This document shows, piece by piece, positions 36,497 to 46,767 of a DNA stretch of 56,938 nt. Numbering within the stretch: position 1 is the first letter of the stretch; the number at the start of each line of letters is the position of its first letter. Source of the stretch: a virus. Its lineage: Duplodnaviria; Caudoviricetes. The notes below the pieces were generated by a model, which made no database searches, was not told the DNA's origin, and saw only the letters and a program-made list of their open reading frames with translations. A program made the position numbers and the translations under genes. Location of the stretch: the IMG/VR virus record IMGVR_UViG_3300033067_000643, positions 1 to 56,938 of that record; one strand, given 5' to 3'.

Positions 36497-36955
36497 TTAC
36501 TCCTCGCACTCGAAATGCCCGACGAACGTGCTGGCCTGTGCCGGGGTGTTGATTCTCAAGCCCATTCGCTCGCCGCCCTTGACGTACATATCGCGGCCGG
36601 GCGGGAACACGATATCGCGCGCACCCTGGGGATGGACCGCGAACTTCTGCTTGACGATTGAACCGCCAGCGTCGGTTGGTTCGGTTGACGAGAAGCCAGT
36701 GCGGGCCGTGGTCTGAATCGTTTCAGCATCACTCGCGTTTTGCTTGACTGGAGTTTCGGAACTTGACGTGCCAGCCGAAGTCTGCGGCAGCATCTCAAAC
36801 GTACAAGGAGCGTCGGTATTCAGTACGCCCTTGCCTGTGATTACGATACGCTCGATGCGCACCCTCTGATTCGTGGGGGCGATGATTTGAGCTACTGTGA
36901 TCGTGCTCGTGGAGGTCGTGACAGTGAACGGAACAATGAAGCGAACGCCAGCCAT
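36497..36955 (-). CDS. Tail structural protein
   Basis: Beta-rich; tail operon position. Confidence 0.65.
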   Translation of the reverse strand: MAGVRFIVPFTVTTSTSTITVAQIIAPTNQRVRIERIVITGKGVLNTDAPCTFEMLPQTSAGTSSSETPVKQNASDAETIQTTARTGFSSTEPTDAGGSIVKQKFAVHPQGARDIVFPPGRDMYVKGGERMGLRINTPAQASTFVGHFECEE

Positions 36956-36957
36956 GA

Positions 36958-38445
36958 TTACACCTCTCCAAAGTAGACGTTAGAAACGATATCGGGCTGG
37001 CCTCCGTAGCCGTAGCTGCCCAAGTTGATTGATTGACTTCCTTCACCGCCGACTCCGACTTGCACTGTGTCGTCGGGGCATGCCACCCAGATAGCGCGGT
37101 AGATTTGCCCGTTCGGCGAATAGCGAAACTGGCAGGCGGCGTTATGCTCGCCCTCGAAGACGTATGTTCCAGTTTTCGGGTCGTATGGATTCCAGACAAA
37201 CACAAGCGTGTTTGCCGAAAGATTGCCGTCGTCGTCGTGGATGACGTTGGCTAAGAATCCATAGGATGTCTTTGCGAAGTTGGCGGCCACACCGCCTTCG
37301 ATGATTCCATAGCTCTGCGATGAGCCGCCAGTTTTGAACAGGTAATAAAGTCCGTCGTCTGGGTTCTTATAGACGTGCGCGTAATCCTCCGCGTTCATCG
37401 TCGTGTCGGACCAGTTGGTAGCCGACACGGTGCCGCTGGGGATGGTCACGCTAATCGAAGCAAGGGACGCAACACCAGGAACTGGAATCGTAATGTTGTA
37501 GATTTCCGCAGCCGTTCCCGCTTGCGTCTTAATAAGCTGATAGGTCGCATCCCCTTTATCTTTATAGACCGTTACCTTATCGCCGCTCGAAAGCGCCGCG
37601 CCATTCACTTCGTTGTGCGCTGTGACTGAGCCGGCTACTGGGGATGTAACGGAAACCGTGCCGCCGTCAGAAACGCCAGAGCCTAGTGTCGTGCGAAAGA
37701 TCTCGGCATCGCTGGCAGCGTCTTCAAGGTTGACGATTTCCCAACCGTTATTGATTCTCTGCAACACCGCCCAGTCGTTATTGACGCGAGCCCCTGTCCG
37801 ATTCCTTGCCGATGGAACCGTGGTGAACCCTGCGTCGGATTCTGAGCCCATCGTCCCGGCATAAATCTTGTAGGCCGTGGTGGAGGTGTTATTGCTGACG
37901 CTGCCGGTGAAGCGAATCAGGGCTGTGGTGATTTGGTTGAACGAACCGAACAGCCGCTTTGATTCTGAATTAGTCGTGCCATCCGCAATCGTGGTTGCCG
38001 GGTAGCCTTTAGATAGCGTCCACTGGCCAGGCTTCGGGCCGTATCCACCGCCAATCGTCACTGTGCCAGATTCGAACGCCTGCTCGCATGGCCCCTCTAG
38101 GCATAAGAAGCCGCTTTCGCCAGCGGCCACTTGCAGCGAACTGTTAATCGCGTATCTGCCGAACGTGGTATCCGGCTTGACGGCATGATAGACCCTGGAG
38201 ATTACCGCGCCGCCTGTGGCATCTTGCAGCGAATCAAACGTGCTGTTTGATAGCCTGACGACGGCATTGGCCGGGATGGTTTCGCTGGAGTCATTTACAA
38301 ATGGCTGCCAGTTGACGGGGCCGGAATCCCTTGGATACGGCCGGTCGTCTCGCTGCCTATGGCTCTTTCCGAGAACCTGCGCCACCACCTTCGCCAAGCG
38401 GCGGATTGTTTGCTCATTCAGCAGGTAGCCTTCTTCATCAGCCAT
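36958..38445 (-). CDS. Tail tip protein
   Basis: F.NDSSETIPA.AV motif, repeated small beta domains; position. Confidence 0.65.
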   Translation of the reverse strand: MADEEGYLLNEQTIRRLAKVVAQVLGKSHRQRDDRPYPRDSGPVNWQPFVNDSSETIPANAVVRLSNSTFDSLQDATGGAVISRVYHAVKPDTTFGRYAINSSLQVAAGESGFLCLEGPCEQAFESGTVTIGGGYGPKPGQWTLSKGYPATTIADGTTNSESKRLFGSFNQITTALIRFTGSVSNNTSTTAYKIYAGTMGSESDAGFTTVPSARNRTGARVNNDWAVLQRINNGWEIVNLEDAASDAEIFRTTLGSGVSDGGTVSVTSPVAGSVTAHNEVNGAALSSGDKVTVYKDKGDATYQLIKTQAGTAAEIYNITIPVPGVASLASISVTIPSGTVSATNWSDTTMNAEDYAHVYKNPDDGLYYLFKTGGSSQSYGIIEGGVAANFAKTSYGFLANVIHDDDGNLSANTLVFVWNPYDPKTGTYVFEGEHNAACQFRYSPNGQIYRAIWVACPDDTVQVGVGGEGSQSINLGSYGYGGQPDIVSNVYFGEV

Positions 38446-38448
38446 AGC

Positions 38449-38973
38449 TTAGGCGTACTTCTCAGCGAACTTGAGCTTGGCAGCGAACCCACGGGCATTG
38501 GTGCTCGTGCCGGTTAGCGTGCAGGTAAAGGCCCACACGTCTCCGCTAGCCATCGTGGTATTCGAGATGGTGGCTGTTTGAGGCACCAACAGCACGGAGG
38601 CGTTATCGAACGCCAGCGGAGTCGAGAGCACCGATGCGAACGTGCTGCCGGCCGTCGAACGATACAGGTTCAGCTTGACCGTGTTCGCGGTCGACGATGG
38701 GATGGTGCCGGTGATGACGCCTTGTACACCCACGATGGTTCCAGCCGCTCCGCTGATGTGAATCACCTGATAAGTGGACGCCGCTGGTTCAACGGTTGGT
38801 GCCGCGAACTGATAGGTTGCCGCCGCATGGCAAATCAGTTTGCTGGCCGCGATGTTCGCGGAGCCCGACACGTCGTCATCAGAGATTGCAGCACTCGGGA
38901 AGTCCGGGGCCTGTGCGAATGAGACGGAATCATTGAAGATAACCGAATTAGAAAAGATGGTTGGCGTCGACAT
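38449..38973 (-). CDS. Tail structural protein
   Basis: A.I.ASKL motif, beta-rich; position. Confidence 0.65.
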   Translation of the reverse strand: MSTPTIFSNSVIFNDSVSFAQAPDFPSAAISDDDVSGSANIAASKLICHAAATYQFAAPTVEPAASTYQVIHISGAAGTIVGVQGVITGTIPSSTANTVKLNLYRSTAGSTFASVLSTPLAFDNASVLLVPQTATISNTTMASGDVWAFTCTLTGTSTNARGFAAKLKFAEKYA

Positions 38974-38981
38974 GATGGCTC

Positions 38982-39884
38982 CTAGAAGGGGAACATGGCG
39001 CTAAAGTTGCGCTCTTTGTAGTGGCGATAGCGGAGGTAAACGACGTTTCCAGCGGCACTCGATTTTTCGTCGTAGAACGCCGCATCGCTTGAGACGATAG
39101 CTCCGCGGGGCACTGGCCTGTCATCTTTCACGTATAGCGTCATTGGTTCTGTGCCTTGCGGAAGCGGGACGTATACCGGATCGGCTCCAGCGGCCGCACT
39201 GTTGTACCTAGTCGCCTGATTCAAGATTCGCAAATCCCACGTCAGCCAGTTAATGTGGAACTCGTACCGCACCGAATAGAACTCCAGACCGTTGCGGTTC
39301 TGAATCTCGCCCGGTGTGATGCTCTTCACCTTGACGGTACGGGGTGCGCAGCCTTTCCAGGCGTATTGATTCACCGAGTCCGATAAGTCGACGATGCCCG
39401 GTAGGTTGATATAGGCTTCGTTTCTCTGCACGATGTAGACCGGGCGCGACTGGTCGACTTCGGGGGGCGGTGTAAAAACCTGATCCACCGAGTTGATGAT
39501 GCGTTGCCCGAACGAAGTCTGCCGGGCAATCTCGCTGAACTGGTCGAACCCGCACGAATACTTGACTTGATCCGTCAGCGGGTTGCTGCCAACTTCCGCA
39601 CTGATGGCGTCCGACCGATATTCGCAAGTAACGATCCAGCTCTTGTGCCCTTCCCCTTCTTCACGCGGCTTCTTGGAAACTAAGAGGGCGTAGGGGTCTG
39701 AGTCGTTGCCGCTGGAGTAGGGGTCGAACAGTGCCGGCAACCCAGAATAGTTGACGACAACGGCCGGCCCATCTAATGGGTCGTTCGTCTGCACGCGCCA
39801 CAATTGGGTCCAAACGCGGATGTTTTTCGCGTCGTAGGAACCATCGCGGTTCACGCCAATCAGTCTACAGTCAATAACGGCCAT
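38982..39884 (-). CDS. Distal tail or baseplate hub-like protein
   Basis: First gene after the tape measure. Confidence 0.65.
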   Translation of the reverse strand: MAVIDCRLIGVNRDGSYDAKNIRVWTQLWRVQTNDPLDGPAVVVNYSGLPALFDPYSSGNDSDPYALLVSKKPREEGEGHKSWIVTCEYRSDAISAEVGSNPLTDQVKYSCGFDQFSEIARQTSFGQRIINSVDQVFTPPPEVDQSRPVYIVQRNEAYINLPGIVDLSDSVNQYAWKGCAPRTVKVKSITPGEIQNRNGLEFYSVRYEFHINWLTWDLRILNQATRYNSAAAGADPVYVPLPQGTEPMTLYVKDDRPVPRGAIVSSDAAFYDEKSSAAGNVVYLRYRHYKERNFSAMFPF

Positions 39885-39924
39885 TCGTGAGCATCTTTCC
39901 CCCGTGCTCCGAAATGTGCTGGTC

Positions 39925-41610
39925 TTAGAAGTTTGCTAGGCGGAACTTTCTTTCTGCGGCTCTAGTGGCTGCGCGTTGTTCGACTAGTTGTTGTTGCGAA
40001 AGGTTGTTGGCGGTTTGCGCTAGTGGAATCAGCGGGTTGGTACTGCCGCTATTGTTCTCAGCTACAAAGGCTTGGGCGGTTCCGAATAGCAGGGCTCCGA
40101 CGTTGCCGCCGCGATCTAGGGCACCGGCTGGAGTGCCGTTGACATTGGGCAGGCCAGCGGCAATGGCAGCCGCTAGCGCCGGGGCCTTGGCTAAGGCGTC
40201 TCGAATCAAGGCGTCGATACCGGGGCCAAACTTGTCTTTGATTTGGGATAGGATGGTTTCCAGCTTGCTCATGTCGACGCCTGCCGGCGATAGTCTTGGT
40301 AGACCGCCAAATCCCGGCAGTCCCTTCAGCGTTGGTGCGGTAAATCCAGGAACAGGAAACGCCTGCGAAATTTCCTTCGGTGTCAAGGCGTAGGCATTTC
40401 TCAGAGTCCCAGGTATCTGGCGGGCTAAGTCGATGAACGCTTGATATCCTGGCGGCAATGCGCTTCCAAGGCCGGGAACTGAATCTATCAGTGCAACGAG
40501 ATCCTCAACGATGAGTATCATCGGCTCAGTGATGAAATTAATCAGGTCGTTGCCAAGCTTCGCAGCAAACCTATTGGCGTAAGCGCCGATTGCATCAAAC
40601 GCATATTTGAACCCGGACATCAGAACTGCACCAATGTTCTGGCCGATAGTCTCGAATGTCGCCACCAAGTGCGTGCCGATGGCCGTAGCCGATGCGGCCA
40701 TGAACGCCGTCAGTGCCGACCAGTTCGTTTGCAAGAAATCCAGTGCTACGCCGGCCGACGCGACGACTACTTGAAAGAGCATCGGCACGTTTTCTACAGC
40801 AAGCTTCAAGGCTCCTATACCAACTAGGATGGCCGCTTGTACGATTTCTATTGCACCGGAAACGGACTTCACCGCTCCAGGAATCGTTATCCCGAAGTAT
40901 GCCGCGATTTGCTGGCCCATCGACAACAGCCACGAACCCAAAGCGGCTATTCCAGTCCGCAAGGCCCGGATGGTTGATTCAATTAAGGCCGAAGCCGCCA
41001 CGATAATCGGTGCCAGGAAGTTCAACGCAGCGGACCACGCGGTGTTCCATGCCGCCCGAATGCGGTCGAACACCTTTGACCAATCCAGGCCGCTGAAGAA
41101 TGATTGCACGCGACCGATAAACCCGAAGACTGTTGGCAGCAACGGCTGCAATGCCTTTACGATGTTGGAACCAAGCTGGCGCAGGAAACCGCCAGACGCC
41201 GCAGTGAATGCCGTGACCTGCCGAATTAGCGGCGTAATGGTGTCGGCAATCACCTTGATGATTCGTGCCGTCCGCTCTGCCATCGGTGCCAAGAATTCAC
41301 CAACCGCATTCGACAGATTGCGAACCGCCAATCGCATGACGGCCATCGTCTGCGAGAACCGGCCAGCGCCCGGCAGATTGCTACCAGCAAAGTCCGCTAG
41401 TGCTTTCTTAGCCGCAAACGCCGCTAGAATGGTTCCTGCAATCGGGGTAACAATCGTGCGGATGGCTCGGCCGATGGTTGTGGATACCGTGGCCGACTGA
41501 CGCTCCAGCACAGCTAGCGCACGCTGCGAAGCGCGAACCGCGTCCGTGATGCCCGCGGCATTACCCACGAACTCCAGGTCGAGCGTTGCTTGCGTGCTGC
41601 TGCCTGCCAT
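39925..41610 (-). CDS. Tape measure protein (short, 561 aa)
   Basis: Ala/Gly/Ile-rich amphipathic helices with spaced W/F; downstream of the chaperone. Confidence 0.8.
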   Translation of the reverse strand: MAGSSTQATLDLEFVGNAAGITDAVRASQRALAVLERQSATVSTTIGRAIRTIVTPIAGTILAAFAAKKALADFAGSNLPGAGRFSQTMAVMRLAVRNLSNAVGEFLAPMAERTARIIKVIADTITPLIRQVTAFTAASGGFLRQLGSNIVKALQPLLPTVFGFIGRVQSFFSGLDWSKVFDRIRAAWNTAWSAALNFLAPIIVAASALIESTIRALRTGIAALGSWLLSMGQQIAAYFGITIPGAVKSVSGAIEIVQAAILVGIGALKLAVENVPMLFQVVVASAGVALDFLQTNWSALTAFMAASATAIGTHLVATFETIGQNIGAVLMSGFKYAFDAIGAYANRFAAKLGNDLINFITEPMILIVEDLVALIDSVPGLGSALPPGYQAFIDLARQIPGTLRNAYALTPKEISQAFPVPGFTAPTLKGLPGFGGLPRLSPAGVDMSKLETILSQIKDKFGPGIDALIRDALAKAPALAAAIAAGLPNVNGTPAGALDRGGNVGALLFGTAQAFVAENNSGSTNPLIPLAQTANNLSQQQLVEQRAATRAAERKFRLANF

Positions 41611-42024
41611 TTAACCTAGCCCCTGAACAAACGCCGACAACAATACGTCACCCGCCGCCGCGCAAATCGCATCTCCTATCTGGGCTCCGAACTCATCGAA
41701 CACCGGCCGCATGAAAGGTTGTGCCGCCATGTTCTTGGTGCCGTACTCAACAAAGAAGGCGTAATGCACGTTCGTCGTGATGAAGCAATAAGGGTTCTTA
41801 ACCGACAACGCCCCAACTCTTCCCGGTGCGTGTCGCTTGGTCTTGTCCGTTTCCGTGATGTACAAGCTGTCTCTGAGGTGGCCCGTGTCGACCGGGCATT
41901 GCTCCTTAACACGTTCGAGCATTTGCCGGGCACCGTCTAACGCCAAGGCGTCAATCTGGCCGATGCTCTCGACCATCTTTTCCAGACCGAGGTTGATGTC
42001 CTTAAAGGTTCGCTTTCGGCCCAT
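41611..42024 (-). CDS. HK97 gp10-like tail component
   Basis: PVDTGHLRDS, YAFFVEYGT..MAAQPFMRP. Confidence 0.92.
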   Translation of the reverse strand: MGRKRTFKDINLGLEKMVESIGQIDALALDGARQMLERVKEQCPVDTGHLRDSLYITETDKTKRHAPGRVGALSVKNPYCFITTNVHYAFFVEYGTKNMAAQPFMRPVFDEFGAQIGDAICAAAGDVLLSAFVQGLG

Positions 42025-42687
42025 TCGGTAGTCCGCCCATTGCCATCATCAAAATCTGTTCCATCTCTTCGGCCGTCTGTCGGTGGGGAACTGGCATCAG
42101 CTCTTGCCACTTAAACTGACCGCCACCTTGTTTTCCTCCGAACGTGTTCTTGATGTCCGACCTGAGTGCAGCCGTTTGGCGCCATGGTTCGCCAAACGGT
42201 TCAAGCAGGTAGAACGCCTGTTGCTTCCGTAGTTCGACGCAGCTAATACGCCGCATCATTTCCTCTTGCAGCATCCCTAGGTCGTGGGCGAGTCGGAAGC
42301 TGAATCGCTCGGTGGGATGCTGTTCGAGTTTTTTGCTAATTCCTCAATCGACTTATCGAGCCCGTTGAGCTTCGTAGCCGCTTCGTGCAGTCGCTTCAAA
42401 GCCCGGAAAGACTTCTTCCCGAGTGCGTCAATCTGCGAATCATTGAACAGCCTACGGCCTTCGTTGTCGCACATGCACCGCGCCAGCAATTTGGCGTAGT
42501 GGTTGGCAATGTCCGCCTCTTGCGAAGTCCCTTTGATCTTGACCATCGACCGTTCATAAGCGGCTTGCTCGTCGCCGCTCATGACTTTGATACGCACTTG
42601 GGCATCCTTGCCCCATTCCGGCACGTCGACTAGTTCGGTAACTAAGTCTGGTGCCTCTAGGATTTGCTTGAACGATAACTCTGGCAT
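42002..42687 (-). CDS. Tail assembly chaperone G/GT pair with -1 frameshift
   Basis: G is 42277..42687; slippery A-AAA-AAC at 42328-42334; the -1 frame reads KLEQHPTERFSFRLAHDLGMLQEE into 42002..42274. Confidence 0.88.
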
Positions 42688-42704
42688 GTCCCCGTGAACT
42701 CCTA

Positions 42705-43133
42705 TTAAACGGTAGTCGGATAAGTAATCGCGCGGGTGGGCTGAATGGCACCGTCAGCCATCCAGGTTCCTTCCACGTCGCCGCCCTTCAGCGTCCATTC
42801 GCTGACGTTGCCAAAGAACCGGAAAAAACGAGTGGTGGTCGGCATTACGACCTTGAACTCGTCTCCTCCGACGACAGTGGAAGGGGTCGTCATCCGTGAT
42901 TGAATGAGCGTGGCCCCGGAGTCTTGCACGTCATAGATCACAGTAAACTTGAATTCTTGCGGGTCACCAATGGTTGCTTCGTATTCTTTGGTTGCGCTCA
43001 ACAGGTGGGTTACGTCGCGCTTGCCGACTTTCATGCCGGGCGCATCGAGCGTTTGAATCTGGCCGATTTGCACGAACGCCGAAGTGGCACCCGTCATGTA
43101 GAGGGTCGCACCCTTAACACCTTGGTTAGCCAT
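42705..43133 (-). CDS. Tail tube protein, copy 2
   Basis: DVTHL.S..KEY...GD..E..FT; position. Confidence 0.85.
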   Translation of the reverse strand: MANQGVKGATLYMTGATSAFVQIGQIQTLDAPGMKVGKRDVTHLLSATKEYEATIGDPQEFKFTVIYDVQDSGATLIQSRMTTPSTVVGGDEFKVVMPTTTRFFRFFGNVSEWTLKGGDVEGTWMADGAIQPTRAITYPTTV

Positions 43134-43146
43134 GAATCAATCTCCT

Positions 43147-43560
43147 TTAAGCGGTAGTGGGATAAGTAATGGCGCGTGTCGGTTGAATAGCACCATCCGC
43201 CATCCATGTCCCTTCAACGTCTCCGCCCTTTGGTGTCCATTCGCTGATGTTTCCCTGGAACTGAAAGTATCGCGTCGTGGTCGGCATGATGACCTTGAAT
43301 GTGTCGCCGCCGATGACGGTTGAGGGCGTGGTGACTCGCTGTTGGCAGAGCGTGGCCCCGGCATCAAGTACGTCGTAAATCACGGTGAACTTGAATTCCT
43401 GTGGGTCGCCAATCGTGGCTTCGTATTCTTTGGTGGCACTGAGTAAATGCGTCACGTCGCGCTTGCCGACCTTCATGCCAGGTGCGTCGAGCGTTTGAAT
43501 TTGCCCGACTGCAACCGCACCGATATACAGAGTCGCGCCTTTAACACCTTGGTTAGCCAT
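43147..43560 (-). CDS. Tail tube protein, copy 1
   Basis: Near-identical paralog of 42705..43133. Confidence 0.85.
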   Translation of the reverse strand: MANQGVKGATLYIGAVAVGQIQTLDAPGMKVGKRDVTHLLSATKEYEATIGDPQEFKFTVIYDVLDAGATLCQQRVTTPSTVIGGDTFKVIMPTTTRYFQFQGNISEWTPKGGDVEGTWMADGAIQPTRAITYPTTA

Positions 43561-43572
43561 CCATAATCCCCT

Positions 43573-43998
43573 TTAAGCAAAGGTCGGCACCGCCATGTCG
43601 TGGCGCAGCCAATAGTCCGTGGAATTTCGGTACAGTCCCGTGTCCGAGTTATCCTGCGGAGGTTCGTAGAGGTCTTGAGAGTTTTTCAAGACAACCGACG
43701 TAACCGAAGCCGTCCCCATTGCTCCCGAGTAGCCTTGCAACTGGTTGCGAATCGCTTCGGACAGTGCGTCCGTTTCCGTTTCCGTTTCCGAGTACACGTC
43801 TAATTGAATGCGAGTGCCAGCGTAGCCCGCCCCGCCTGCTAAGTGGTGGGCCGCATCCTGGCTAATGATGCGATAGACGATCACCGGAAACACTGAGTTC
43901 TTCTGCGGTATCTTGCGCGGGAACATCCGCGTACCAACCAGCGACGTAATCGCCGATTTGCTGAGCAGATATTTTCTGAGGTTGGTGCTGATTGACAT
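43573..43998 (-). CDS. Tail terminator (DUF3168)
   Basis: LVGTR.FP...PQ....P.IVY..IS; RIQLDVY. Confidence 0.88.
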   Translation of the reverse strand: MSISTNLRKYLLSKSAITSLVGTRMFPRKIPQKNSVFPVIVYRIISQDAAHHLAGGAGYAGTRIQLDVYSETETETDALSEAIRNQLQGYSGAMGTASVTSVVLKNSQDLYEPPQDNSDTGLYRNSTDYWLRHDMAVPTFA

Positions 43999-44369
43999 TA
44001 GGCCACCAGTGAGACCGCAAAGATCATGTCGTTGCCGTTGAACAGTGCCGCGCCCGCGATGTTGTAGCGATACGTTGTGCCGCGAAATATCTCGGTGAAG
44101 TAGTCAGTGGCTTCAATGTCTGGCGTGTAGGGGATCGTCACGATGTACTTGGCGTTCACGTTGACGTGATAGCCGCCCCACTCTTCCGTCTGGCCCTTCA
44201 CGGCCACGGCATTCGGAGCGGGAATCGCCGCTTTCAATTCTCCCCACACGTTGCAAACCTTTACCGAAGTTTCGACCATCTGTCCGGTGTCGGCCGTGGA
44301 ACTTGGAATCGTTGACGCATCGCGCCAGACCGTGAGGTAGGTTGATCGCTTGCCGGCAGGTAGGCTCAT
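43998..44369 (-). CDS. Head closure / head-tail adaptor
   Basis: M..PAGK start, VWG.L, Y.PDI, YNI. Confidence 0.8.
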   Translation of the reverse strand: MSLPAGKRSTYLTVWRDASTIPSSTADTGQMVETSVKVCNVWGELKAAIPAPNAVAVKGQTEEWGGYHVNVNAKYIVTIPYTPDIEATDYFTEIFRGTTYRYNIAGAALFNGNDMIFAVSLVA

Positions 44370-45229
44370 TTGGCAACCTCCGCATAACTAAGCGGTGGCA
44401 CCTTGTGGCAGACGTAGATGATGTGCCGCGCATCTTGCGTGCGACCTGCAATCAGCGGCTCAAAACCCGTCAAGGCGAGCAACAGTTCAGCGGTCTTAGC
44501 CGTGAAGTACAGCGGATGGTCAATCTTGATGGCAGTTTCCAAACCAAACGCATTGGCCGTTACCGTGTAGTCAACGAAGTCAATCAGGAAGATGCCGTGT
44601 GGTGATAACCACTTGTGCACCTTGTTCAAAGCGGCCACGGGGTCTAGCAGGTGGTCAACCGTTTGAATCATGGAAATCAGGTCGAACTGACGATCCGTGT
44701 CAAAGTCCTCGACCAGCCCCGGAATGACTTCAAATTCCCGGTCAGTCGCTTTGGCCAGTTCGTCGGGCGCTGGATCGAGTACAGCCACGCGGTATCCCCA
44801 GCGCTTGCGTAGTTCATCCGCAAACACGCCAGTTGACCCGCCGATGTCCAGGGCTGTTTTCCGGTATGGCTTCGCCGCCAACGACGCGCACGCATCCGCC
44901 ATGCCTTGCGCATATAGCACCTGATGCTCTTGGAGTTGGTCGAGTGTGGTTTCATAGCCAGAGAAGGCGTTGACGAGTGGGCGATACCAGTGGGCGTACA
45001 GGTCCGCGTAGCCTTCACGCGTGAGGCGGTTGAAGAGGTACACGAACCCGCATTGCATGCAGTTGTCGGTCGATACCTTAAACCCGTAGCGATCTAACTT
45101 GGATACGGTCAAGGCGCGTTCGTGTCCGCACAGTGGGCAAGCACAGACGTGCTCTTTCGGCTGTGCGTCGAAGTCGTAGCCGACAGCCGCCACCCGCTCG
45201 CGCACTGTTGATTCGATAACCGTGCTCAT
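44366..45229 (-). CDS. Class I SAM-dependent methyltransferase with Zn-binding N-terminus
   Basis: CPLC..CMQC; LDIGGSTG; FDLISM.QTVDHL.DP. Confidence 0.92.
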   Translation of the reverse strand: MSTVIESTVRERVAAVGYDFDAQPKEHVCACPLCGHERALTVSKLDRYGFKVSTDNCMQCGFVYLFNRLTREGYADLYAHWYRPLVNAFSGYETTLDQLQEHQVLYAQGMADACASLAAKPYRKTALDIGGSTGVFADELRKRWGYRVAVLDPAPDELAKATDREFEVIPGLVEDFDTDRQFDLISMIQTVDHLLDPVAALNKVHKWLSPHGIFLIDFVDYTVTANAFGLETAIKIDHPLYFTAKTAELLLALTGFEPLIAGRTQDARHIIYVCHKVPPLSYAEVAK

Positions 45230-45858
45230 TAGTAGGCGTCCGGGCTCGGTGTCTGATAGGAATTGAAGCTGACGCCATCCAAGAGCGATTGCACTACTTT
45301 GGGAACCGACACGTCGTCGTCTCGATTCTGGTAGAGGTATTGCGCGTGAATCTTGATGGCCCGCTTGATGGTTTTGGGGACCGCTTCGACTGAGATGGTC
45401 GCATCGGTGCTAGCCGCTGGTCCGCCGTAGCCTTGCACACAAGTCAGCGTGATCGCATCCGGCCGCACTTGGGCAATCGGCCAACTCTGGCCATAGGGAG
45501 GCGACACGCGGCCCACTGGCCCCGTGGAAACGATGTATTGCGTACTCGTCATCACTACCGTCGAACCGCTGGTCGTCACGTACTTCAGTTCGGTGACGGA
45601 TTGCAAAGGCCCGTAAGGAACTTCGATGGCCTGGAAGGGGTTGTGCTTGCAGGGTCGCGGCCAGCAGTCGTATTTCATTTCCCAGGTTTGGGTGACGAAC
45701 GATTGACCGAGGTAGCGTTCGGCGGCGTCTCGGGCGTCTTCGATGTGGCTTTCAATCGCGGTGTCTTCGTAGTTGTGCAGAATGCGCGCGTGGTCTTTCT
45801 GTTCGGCCAGCGTGACGGGTTCCAGCGTGGGTGCGACGGTGCGTGAATAGCTGCTCAC
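45229..45858 (-). CDS. Head-tail connector (HK97 gp6 / phiE125 gp8-like)
   Basis: P..EPVTLAE.K.H.RI; ..TQTW; PLQSV; VP..IK.AI. Confidence 0.9.
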   Translation of the reverse strand: MSSYSRTVAPTLEPVTLAEQKDHARILHNYEDTAIESHIEDARDAAERYLGQSFVTQTWEMKYDCWPRPCKHNPFQAIEVPYGPLQSVTELKYVTTSGSTVVMTSTQYIVSTGPVGRVSPPYGQSWPIAQVRPDAITLTCVQGYGGPAASTDATISVEAVPKTIKRAIKIHAQYLYQNRDDDVSVPKVVQSLLDGVSFNSYQTPSPDAY

Positions 45859-46688
45859 GATTGCACCCTCCGTTGCCAGTAATCGTTATCTTCAAGAGCA
45901 CCCTCGAACTTGGCGACCGTCAATTCCCATTGTTGCAATTGAGCTTTGAGGTTAGCGACGTTCTGCTGAGCTTCCCGCTGCCGCTGCTGCAATTCTTTCT
46001 TGCGGGCCTTGCTCTTGCGGAACAAGTTCCCTTCGTCGTCCTGGTAGGCGTAGATGCGAGCACACTTCAGCAGGTCGCACTCCTCGGGAACGAAGACTTC
46101 TATTCCCATTCCTTTGGCGATGCCAAGGTGATATTCGCAGCTTGGGCGCTGATGCTGGTATTCGCCGTTTCCGTCGTGCATCGCAAGGTCGGCTTGCGCC
46201 ATGTCGACGCCCCACAGTCCGATATGCGTGGCACCTTCGATGATGGCCACTGCGATCATCTCGGATATCGAATTCGTGAGGTATTTCCCAAACCGCTTGA
46301 AAGTCTCTTCCCACGGGAATGGAATTCCATGCGGGGCAAGTGGATTGGCCGCCCGGATGTACAGCGGCTTGCCGTGGTCTTTGGCTAGCCATTCCTTGTA
46401 CTCTGGCCCCCAACGTTTAACGCCTTCATCCAGGTCGTGCAGCTCGAACCAGCGATCCCATCGCTTGATGAGGTTGAGCGAAGCGGCATTCGAGAGCGAC
46501 CAGATTTCCCATTCGGGGTCGTCGAAGGGAGCCAGGTTCATCGAGGAGGGGGCGCGGCCGACAATGGCGATTTTCTTGATGGCCTTGGGGTGAACGTCGT
46601 GGTTCCCACAATGCCGAAGGTCCAGCCCCTCTGGGCCGACGATATTTCCGTATCCGTCCCGCGTCGGACGTGTTCCATTAAGCGTCAC
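45855..46688 (-). CDS. Rossmann-like transferase (MptE/Maf/sialyltransferase-like fold, tentative)
   Basis: KIAIVGRAPS, EIWSLSN, NSISEMIAVAIIEGATHIGLWGVDM, EY..QRP. Confidence 0.6.
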   Translation of the reverse strand: MTLNGTRPTRDGYGNIVGPEGLDLRHCGNHDVHPKAIKKIAIVGRAPSSMNLAPFDDPEWEIWSLSNAASLNLIKRWDRWFELHDLDEGVKRWGPEYKEWLAKDHGKPLYIRAANPLAPHGIPFPWEETFKRFGKYLTNSISEMIAVAIIEGATHIGLWGVDMAQADLAMHDGNGEYQHQRPSCEYHLGIAKGMGIEVFVPEECDLLKCARIYAYQDDEGNLFRKSKARKKELQQRQREAQQNVANLKAQLQQWELTVAKFEGALEDNDYWQRRVQS

Positions 46689-46714
46689 GATTCAAAACCT
46701 CCCTGATGTTAGAT

Positions 46715-46754
46715 ATAAAGCTCGGGGCCGAAGCTATAGACTCCGACCCCGAGC
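46715..46754 (-). terminator. Strong hairpin after the capsid/decoration genes
   Basis: GCTCGGGGTCGGAG-TCTATAG-CTTCGGCCCCGAGC-TTTAT on the minus strand. Confidence 0.7.
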
Positions 46755-46767
46755 CGGAACACGGGGA

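Noticed and set aside
40829-41500. Long plus-strand ORFs opposite structural genes (also 47724..48452, 28771..29490, 11622..12302)
   Set aside because: Antisense shadows expected in GC-rich coding DNA; no motifs or RBS
42277-42340. -1 frameshift as a novelty
   Set aside because: This is the standard tail chaperone G/GT mechanism, so it is listed as a feature only
35663-43560. Diversity-generating retroelement
   Set aside because: No reverse transcriptase is present; the tube-gene duplicates differ at synonymous sites rather than specifically at adenines
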